Assembly: GCA_046350755.1 (NCBI GenBank)
Contig: JAXLZV010000001.1
Location: forward strand, 544,823 to 608,822
Origin: Candidatus Saccharimonadota bacterium
GTDB taxonomy: Bacteria; Patescibacteriota; Saccharimonadia; CAILAD01; GCA-016700035
Direction of reading: 5' to 3'
Length of the DNA: 64,000 bases
Shown here: positions 9,947 through 16,152 of the stretch, piece by piece
Position numbering within the stretch: the first letter of the stretch is position 1
Layout: each line of letters opens with the position of its first letter
Made by a program: the position numbers and the translations under genes
The notes under the pieces: generated by a model
Told to the model about the DNA's origin: nothing
The model's input: only the letters and a program-made list of their open reading frames with translations
Databases searched by the model: none

Positions 9947-10104
9947 ATGAATATGGTGTTGTGCTCTCCCATTCTGCATGCTTTCTAAAAAGTACTCAAC
10001 AGGATAGAGCGAGGATCTTAAGTTCGTCTCACGACGAAACATCCAACTCGAGCTATGGGCGCACGAGAACCAGCTCGGACTGCGTTATTATACCTGATAT
10101 TTGC

Positions 10105-10287
10105 CTAATTGCCAGATGGGCGAATGATGGACAGGAGTGCCCATAGCATAAAGCCGCCGCCAAGCCCTATAAGCAAACCTGCGCCGGGGTTACCGAGGGC
10201 AATGCCAATGCCTAACCCAAGCAGTAAGCCGCCAGGAATAAACAGGGCGCCAGCGTCATTCTTTTTATCGCGTTTTTCTTCACTCAC
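10105..10287 (-). CDS. Small Gly-rich membrane protein
   Basis: GTG start after GGAGG; two Gly-rich TM helices. Confidence 0.6.
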   Translation of the reverse strand: MSEEKRDKKNDAGALFIPGGLLLGLGIGIALGNPGAGLLIGLGGGFMLWALLSIIRPSGN

Positions 10288-10329
10288 GTTCGTATTCCTC
10301 CGAGTGCTATTATACTCCGCGCTTAACTG

Positions 10330-10379
10330 TGAATAAAAAAAGAGCCGACCGGAGGGGGAGTAATCCCCCTCCGACCGAC
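10330..10379 (-). terminator. Intrinsic terminator closing the large ncRNA candidate
   Basis: GTCGGTCGGAGGGGG-ATTACT-CCCCCTCCGGTCGGC followed by TCTTTTTTT on minus strand. Confidence 0.85.
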
Positions 10380-10646
10380 ATTTCATACCTGCCGAGGAGG
10401 AAGGTACGCGCGGCACACGTGTCCGCGATCATTTCCTTCGTGAGTCTAGTGATGTGTCTTAACGAAACGTTATGATCTCGTGGGGACTCACGGTTTTCGT
10501 CGCCTGGCTTGTATCTTGCCGAGGTTACGTTCGTGTCGTGAACGCACTGCTCGGCTCTGTGTGCTCGACCAAGAGCGGTGACCCCTCCCAGATGGTTAGG
10601 GCTAACTACACACAGGACCGTTCCGCGCCAGTAGACGGAACGCTCG

Positions 10647-10720
10647 AGGAGGGGGTGGGATTCGAACCCACGTACCTCTTCGGGGGTTGCCCGAAGTGTT
10701 CTCCTATGAACTACCCCCCC
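10647..10720 (-). ncRNA. tRNA-like element with non-canonical anticodon arm
   Basis: Acceptor GGGGGGG/CCCCTCC, D arm GTTC/GAAC, T arm GTGGG-TTCGAAT-CCCAC, anticodon arm CTTCGGG-CAACC-CCCGAAG; no CCA. Confidence 0.75.
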
Positions 10721-10770
10721 AGCCTGAGCTACTCTGTTGACGGCGGCACCCGTCGAGCAGTCAGGCTTTG

Positions 10771-10843
10771 TCGGACTGGCAGGACTCGAACCTGCGACCT
10801 GCTGACCCCAGATCAGTTGCTCTAGCCGCTGAGCTACAGTCCG
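10771..10843 (-). tRNA. tRNA-Pro(TGG)-like (C33, no encoded CCA)
   Basis: CGGACTG/CAGTCCG-A acceptor (C1-G72, A73 Pro identity), loop TC-TGG-GG, T arm GCAGG-TTCGAGT-CCTGC. Confidence 0.7.
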
Positions 10844-10867
10844 CTTACTTACAGGGCTTACGCCTCG

Positions 10868-10943
10868 CGGCAGAGAGCGGAGTCGAACCGCCATCCTACT
10901 GGAGTTTTAACCAGTCTGCTCATTACCGTCGAGCATCTCTGCC
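10868..10943 (-). ncRNA. tRNA-like element with 8-nt anticodon loop
   Basis: Acceptor GGCAGAG/CTCTGCC, D arm GCTC/GAGC, ACTGG-TTAAAACT-CCAGT, T arm GGCGG-TTCGACT-CCGCT; no CCA. Confidence 0.75.
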
Positions 10944-11462
10944 TTGATCGGGGCGAGCGGTGTCTTGAGCACCACAAGCCCCTGCGCTTTTACTCAGTAC
11001 TTCCGCGGTTGCTGGGTTGCTGAGCGAGGGCGCTACTCCTCCTACCCACCTTGTGTGACGGCGCGGGTATCTAATCCGCTGTGTCAGTGGTGTGCATCTC
11101 AAGAATGCCGGGAATTCGTTCGGCTGGCCCCGAAACCACACCTTAGTCCAGGAGGACGGATGCGAGTGCCGAACGTCTGGGCGTTGCTGATCCCAGAATG
11201 GTTGCTAAGGTGCGAAACTGCCGGACACGAGCGGGCGAAGGCTCCCTATGAAGCGGTTCATCCAAGGCACGAGATGAAGTGTCCGGCCCGGGCTTCAGCG
11301 CTGCGGTACTTACCACTAGGCTTATCGAGCTTGTGCCCAGCTAGTGATTTTTCACGCAACTACGGTAGGGCGACTGCCTCACCACGCTTTACGAAGCCAC
11401 GGTAAGTGTCGGTTTTTTTCCGACACACCTACGAGCAATTACTCACAGGTGTGTCGGAAGAA

Positions 11463-11539
11463 TGGTGCGCTCGGCAGGATTCGAACCTGCGACCTTCAGT
11501 ACCGCAAACTGACGCTCTATCCATCTGAGCTACGAGCGC
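11463..11539 (-). tRNA. tRNA-Arg(GCG)
   Basis: GCGCTCG...TCAGT-TT-GCG-GT-ACTGA...GAGCGCACCA. Confidence 0.93.
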
Positions 11540-11596
11540 ACATGAGATGTGCAAAAGCAGGGGCTATTCTACCCTATTCTACCGAGAAGGTAAAGG

Positions 11597-12157
11597 CTAG
11601 AACTTGAGTCGCTTAAAGACTGATTCGCCGACATAGCCCTTTGGCTCAGTTTCAGGCAGTACTGACGACAAAATTTCAGCCACCTCTTCGGCTTCCTTTA
11701 CTGTAGTGTGCAGCGTTAGGAGATTTTCAAAACGCTTGACCGGCACCAGCTCGAAAGTAATAAACTCTTTGTTTTCGACGATAAAAAACGACTGATAACT
11801 AGCATAGGTATAGTGTTTATTATCAACCGCAACAGTCAACGTAGAGAGTGCGTAGGTGTGGTCACCGATACCTTTATTGACATAGATGGAGAGGGCCAGC
11901 GGAACCAGAATGCCGAGGGGTATATATATCCAGGTTTGGGTAAAAATCGCGACAATGATCGTCGCGGCAAAAATCGCAGCAATGATGATATACCAGGTGG
12001 TCGGCCGGTGGTGCGAGGCGGTGTCTTCAATCGACCACTGCAGAAGCAATTCGTCATCTACGGGTTCGGAGGCAACATCCGGCACAGGCTGACTCGACGG
12101 CTCAGCTGACTGAGTCGTTTCTTGGGGCATAGTGTCGGCTGGATTTTCTGGTTGCAT
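11597..12157 (-). CDS. Hypothetical 2-TM membrane protein (CPR-typical)
   Basis: Acidic N-tail, LLQW..HHRPTTWY, two TM helices. Confidence 0.65.
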   Translation of the reverse strand: MQPENPADTMPQETTQSAEPSSQPVPDVASEPVDDELLLQWSIEDTASHHRPTTWYIIIAAIFAATIIVAIFTQTWIYIPLGILVPLALSIYVNKGIGDHTYALSTLTVAVDNKHYTYASYQSFFIVENKEFITFELVPVKRFENLLTLHTTVKEAEEVAEILSSVLPETEPKGYVGESVFKRLKF

Positions 12158-12220
12158 ACGATTTACGATCCATCTGTATTATCGCCCAGTCGTCAGAAAA
12201 TTGCTAATGCTTGAGAAGGA

Positions 12221-12547
12221 TTATTTCTCGGCCTTATCTTTTTTCTTATCCATGCGGTCAAGGCCAAGGATTTTCACGCCGAAGTAGACGACGGCCGCGA
12301 TAATTGCGAAGTCGAGCAAGGTGGCGAGAAAGCTGCCGTAAGCGATCGTGGCACCAGCTAGTTTAAAGTTTGCCGACTTGAGGCCATCAGCCGAACCGAG
12401 AGCTAGTCCGACGAGCGGGTTCACAATGTCGTTGACGAGTGAGCTGACGACTTTTGCAACGGCTGCACCGAGGATAAAGCCGACCGCCAGGCCGACGACA
12501 CCTTGCTCGCGGATGAAGTCCATAAAGCCATAAATGTGTTTTTTCAC
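12221..12547 (-). CDS. mscL: Large-conductance mechanosensitive channel
   Basis: FIREQGVVGLAVGFILGAAVAKVVSSLVNDIVNP; YGSFL. Confidence 0.9.
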   Translation of the reverse strand: MKKHIYGFMDFIREQGVVGLAVGFILGAAVAKVVSSLVNDIVNPLVGLALGSADGLKSANFKLAGATIAYGSFLATLLDFAIIAAVVYFGVKILGLDRMDKKKDKAEK

Positions 12548-12578
12548 GTGGTTACTCCTTTCGGAATAAAATAATTGC

Positions 12579-12668
12579 TGGCGGAGAGGGTGGGATTCGA
12601 ACCCACGAGACGGTTTCCCGCCTGCTGGTTTTCAAGACCAGTTCCTTCAACCACTCGGACACCTCTCC
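12579..12668 (-). tRNA. tRNA-Ser(TGA)
   Basis: CTGGT-CT-TGA-AA-ACCAG, long variable arm, GCCA. Confidence 0.95.
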
Positions 12669-12705
12669 ATGATTGGTCAAGATTGAAGAACGGAATGATT
12701 ATACG

Positions 12706-13149
12706 TTATTTTCGGTGAATTCTCGAGGCCACCGCCTGTTCGTGGGCTAACAGCCACTGCTTTCGCTCCAGGCCACCCGAATATCCGCCGAGTTTTCCAT
12801 ACGATCCAACTACCCGATGACAGGGAATGATTATGACAATTGGGTTGGCGCCGCAAGCATTTGCTACCGCCCGCCAGGCTTCAGGGCGATCAATTCGCTT
12901 GGCGATATCAACATACGTCGCAGTTTCGCCAAATGGTATCTTGCGCATCTCCTCCCAGACTTGCTTCTGGAAGATTGTACCGTCTGGTTCGACAGTGACA
13001 TCGAAATTTACTCGTTTACCCGAGAAATACTCGGCTAACTGATGCTGGACTGCCGTGGATGATTCAACGTCAGGGAGCGATGAATAGTGCACGCCGATCA
13101 CGGTATCGCCGCGCATTTCTATCTGTACATCACCAATAGGGCTATTCAT
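12706..13149 (-). CDS. ogt: Methylated-DNA-protein cysteine methyltransferase
   Basis: IPCHRVV active site; RAVANACGAN. Confidence 0.92.
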   Translation of the reverse strand: MNSPIGDVQIEMRGDTVIGVHYSSLPDVESSTAVQHQLAEYFSGKRVNFDVTVEPDGTIFQKQVWEEMRKIPFGETATYVDIAKRIDRPEAWRAVANACGANPIVIIIPCHRVVGSYGKLGGYSGGLERKQWLLAHEQAVASRIHRK

Positions 13150-13915
13150 GAGCGGCAGTATTCTCACTCGTTATCTGATCACGAAGGGATATAAACTTGT
13201 CGTCAGTTTGCAGGGTCGTAAACCATTCCGACTCATATACCCCAGTTAAGATACCCGACCAGAGCTGGCTATGGGCGATGATAGTTGGATCATCCTTGAG
13301 TGCCGGCTCAATGTGATATACCGGCTGCGGGCAAATATAGAAGTCAGCATAGTGTATTGGCGCATCGATTGGTTCGATGCTGTCTGATTCAGCGCCGTAA
13401 AAACGCAGAGCGCTGTTGATTGCTTTATCTGGGTAACCGAGGAAAATGCCGGCCACAATGATGTCCACGATATCAGATGGCTTATCATTGTAGGTCGCTT
13501 TTACTACACCAAAAAGCTGGGAAATGAGCTCCTTGGGCTGTTCAGTCATGGCTGCTTTGAGAAGTTCATGAGTGGGGATGAGGTGTGTCTGCTCGAGAGT
13601 ATACAGAAAACCCGAACGACTGTAGTAGTCTGCCGACAGATAAGGATCCCCCATGGGATTGATTTCTGCACTAATATTACCTATCTGTACGCCCTGGAAT
13701 TCTCCCAATGATTCTAGGCGCTGCAAGATTTTTTGCCAGTCATCGAAGATAGACTTTTTTGAATAATATTCGACACTATCTGCATAGCCACGAGCTCCTG
13801 CTAGAGTGAGGACAATATTGGGGTTTACGAGAAAGGCAAGCGGCTCGACCCCTAGTTCGCTTTGAACTGCCTGCAAATATCTGAGGGCTTGCTCGGCAGA
13901 CGGCGGGCGAGTCAC
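13142..13915 (-). CDS. Hypothetical protein
   Basis: 257-aa ORF in an operon with overlapping neighbours. Confidence 0.6.
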   Translation of the reverse strand: MTRPPSAEQALRYLQAVQSELGVEPLAFLVNPNIVLTLAGARGYADSVEYYSKKSIFDDWQKILQRLESLGEFQGVQIGNISAEINPMGDPYLSADYYSRSGFLYTLEQTHLIPTHELLKAAMTEQPKELISQLFGVVKATYNDKPSDIVDIIVAGIFLGYPDKAINSALRFYGAESDSIEPIDAPIHYADFYICPQPVYHIEPALKDDPTIIAHSQLWSGILTGVYESEWFTTLQTDDKFISLRDQITSENTAAHE

Positions 13916-14265
13916 AGGTCACCTGCCTGGCGTCGGGCCGTCATCTTCTTGTCTTTGGCTTCCAGCAGTTGCAGAACGTCGAGGTCGAAATGTTTTGCAA
14001 TAACGGTAAGCACGATATAGACATCAGCCAGTTCTTCGGCGATAGAGCTATCCTGGGCTTTTTCGATTTTGCCTTTTCGTTGACGGCCATAATGATGGAG
14101 AATGGCATCGGCAAGTTCTCCCGACTCCTCCATCAGCTTGGCGAGACGGGCCAATACGAAGTAGTAGGGGTCCTCTGCTTGAGCTTTAGGTCTCGTAGCT
14201 ATTAGTGCAGCTTGATGTTCATCAATAAACTGCAAAAAATCTTCAAATGTGTACGCTGTATTCAT
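13912..14265 (-). CDS. MazG-like nucleotide pyrophosphohydrolase
   Basis: KLMEESGELADA...EELADV. Confidence 0.85.
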   Translation of the reverse strand: MNTAYTFEDFLQFIDEHQAALIATRPKAQAEDPYYFVLARLAKLMEESGELADAILHHYGRQRKGKIEKAQDSSIAEELADVYIVLTVIAKHFDLDVLQLLEAKDKKMTARRQAGDL

Positions 14266-15023
14266 ACTTCCTTGACCTCTGCTGTAAGTCGCAATATGGC
14301 TTCATTAAGCTGATTGCGTGCTTCTTTGCTTTCGAAGTTTTCTTCTCGCATGAAGCGGTGGCCGAGATCATCAAAACTAAGTATTGCTCCTCGACCCTTG
14401 ACGATTTTTGCGTACCGCTGCAGCACCGGGTGTGGGATGACCTCATCTTGCTTTCCATAGGCCAGAATAACTCGACCTTGATATGAAGCTAGCTCAGCAA
14501 AATCTGGAGAATCTTCCCAGCTTTTGTCACGTCGTAAAGCTTGAGAGAATTCAGGCCCAAAATTCTTTGTATAGGCTTCTGCAGAATACGCCGCCGGCGA
14601 AATAAGAATGAGGCCATCGGCTTGTAGCTCGCTCGCGAGACGAATCGCCAAGGGTGCGCCCATACTCACGCCAGATATGAAAAGTGGCTTATTGTGGAGT
14701 TGACGTGCTACAGTGCGTGCGTCCTCAAGGCGGGTCTGTAGACTAGTATCTTCGAGCTTAGCCCCACTTGCTCCAACTCCGCGATAATTAAAAGATATAC
14801 TCCCTATGTCGAATTCACAGAGGGTTTTCTGCCAATCGGGATAATAGCTGTCGTGTAGTGGTAGGTTTGCTCCTCCACCAAGCATAAGGATCTCAGCTTT
14901 CTCACCAGGATAACGCAGCACTTCTAGCTTTTTACCGGCTACCTCAATTGTACCCGCATCAACCTTAGCCTCTGATAGTGAGCTTTTTAGGTTTTCAGGA
15001 GGAGGTGTCATATGCTCATTCAT
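14262..15023 (-). CDS. Alpha/beta hydrolase
   Basis: GVSMG nucleophile elbow; GKQDEVI; DLGH. Confidence 0.85.
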   Translation of the reverse strand: MNEHMTPPPENLKSSLSEAKVDAGTIEVAGKKLEVLRYPGEKAEILMLGGGANLPLHDSYYPDWQKTLCEFDIGSISFNYRGVGASGAKLEDTSLQTRLEDARTVARQLHNKPLFISGVSMGAPLAIRLASELQADGLILISPAAYSAEAYTKNFGPEFSQALRRDKSWEDSPDFAELASYQGRVILAYGKQDEVIPHPVLQRYAKIVKGRGAILSFDDLGHRFMREENFESKEARNQLNEAILRLTAEVKEV

Positions 15024-15074
15024 AAACTCATCATACAGGACAAAAAAAGTCGAGACCAAGCTCGACTTTTTTTA

Positions 15075-15167
15075 TGGCGGAGAGGGAGGGATTCGAACCC
15101 TCGCACCAGGTTTCCCCGATCTACCGGTTTAGCAAACCAGCCCCTTCAGCCACTTGGGTACCTCTCC
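15075..15167 (-). tRNA. tRNA-Ser(GCT)
   Basis: CTGGT-TT-GCT-AA-ACCGG, long variable arm, GCCA; hairpin terminator at 15042-15073. Confidence 0.95.
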
Positions 15168-15297
15168 GTGCTAACAGATACGGATTATAGACTATTTTAT
15201 AGTGGTTTGTCATGTACGGTGGAATATTAAATCAAGCAAACCGCATATGCTACGAAAGTCGAGCGTAACTGTGAAACACACGCGTTTCACATGGTGA

Positions 15298-16152
15298 TTA
15301 TTTAACGAACTGGGTTTGTTTGAGGATGGCCTCGGCCAGTGGCGTGACGCTACCGCAGCCTTTGACTCCCCTACTCTGCTTGCAGTAGGCCATTCCCTGC
15401 TCGGCAAGTGTGCGATCGGTTGGGAACTGTTTCAGGGCTGCTACATATAGGTCGGCTGCTTGCTCGAGGCGTCCTTGCTGAGATTCGATTCCGACAAGCA
15501 GTAGATAGTCCCCTGCTGTTTTATTTGCGGCTGACTCGATAACGGTTTTGGCTTTGGTATAGACCCGAAGCGTGGCTAGTCGATAGGCGTCTGTACGGGT
15601 GATGTCTGATTGGCGAAGGATTTGGCAAGCTTCCTGGGCGTCCACGGACTGTGCTTGCTGAGCATAGGAGCAGCCGGTTTCAATATCATTGAGATTGTAG
15701 GCTGCGATAGCTGCCTGCGCACGTACCTCACTCCCCTGTTTTTTGTTCGGCTGGGCTTTAAATAGTTGCTGTGCACGCGTGTATTCGCCGGCGATTATGT
15801 AGCTAGCCATGGCTTCGTCGGTGAGCTTATTTGACCCGGCTGCATAGGCGTCACCGGCTGCCTCGGGCTGATTGATCTCGGTGTAATAGTCAGCTAAAGC
15901 TACCTGAACGGCATCGTTATTGCCAGTTGTGACGGCGAGGGTCTTCAGGTGTTTTTCGCGCTCACTCCCCTGCTTGGTCTTGGCTTGGCGAACGAGGTTA
16001 TCGACGGCAGATTGGCTGGTCCGCGCCAGGCCTACTATGAAGAATAGGCCGATAAGCATCATGCCAGCGATGATACTAGCTCGAATCCACCGGCTTTGTG
16101 GGGGCTGGTGTCTAGGCTTCGAGCTGGTTGAGTGCGGCTGATAGGTCGTCAT
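15298..16152 (-). CDS. Membrane-anchored TPR-like protein
   Basis: N-terminal TM then Ala-rich helical repeats. Confidence 0.55.
   Translation of the reverse strand: MTTYQPHSTSSKPRHQPPQSRWIRASIIAGMMLIGLFFIVGLARTSQSAVDNLVRQAKTKQGSEREKHLKTLAVTTGNNDAVQVALADYYTEINQPEAAGDAYAAGSNKLTDEAMASYIIAGEYTRAQQLFKAQPNKKQGSEVRAQAAIAAYNLNDIETGCSYAQQAQSVDAQEACQILRQSDITRTDAYRLATLRVYTKAKTVIESAANKTAGDYLLLVGIESQQGRLEQAADLYVAALKQFPTDRTLAEQGMAYCKQSRGVKGCGSVTPLAEAILKQTQFVK

Larger units (their letters stand above)
10330..11460 (-). ncRNA. Large ornate non-coding RNA candidate containing tRNA-like domains (GOLLD/ROOL-like architecture, unassigned)
   Basis: No credible ORF; dense helices, kissing loop, pseudoknot, three cloverleaves; lies between tRNA-Arg(GCG) and a terminator. 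Confidence 0.7.

Noticed and set aside
10310-11405. ORF-track calls 10310..10894(-), 10472..10825(+), 10923..11141(-), 10944..11405(+)
   Set aside because: They run through tRNA-like cloverleaves and a terminator, lack RBS or -10 context, and give no recognisable protein composition.
10330-11460. Possible rRNA fragment, group I/II intron, tmRNA or RNase P RNA
   Set aside because: Only short 16S-like motifs are present. I could not find intron core elements, tmRNA ends/tag or RNase P P4 consensus by eye; a covariance search is still needed.
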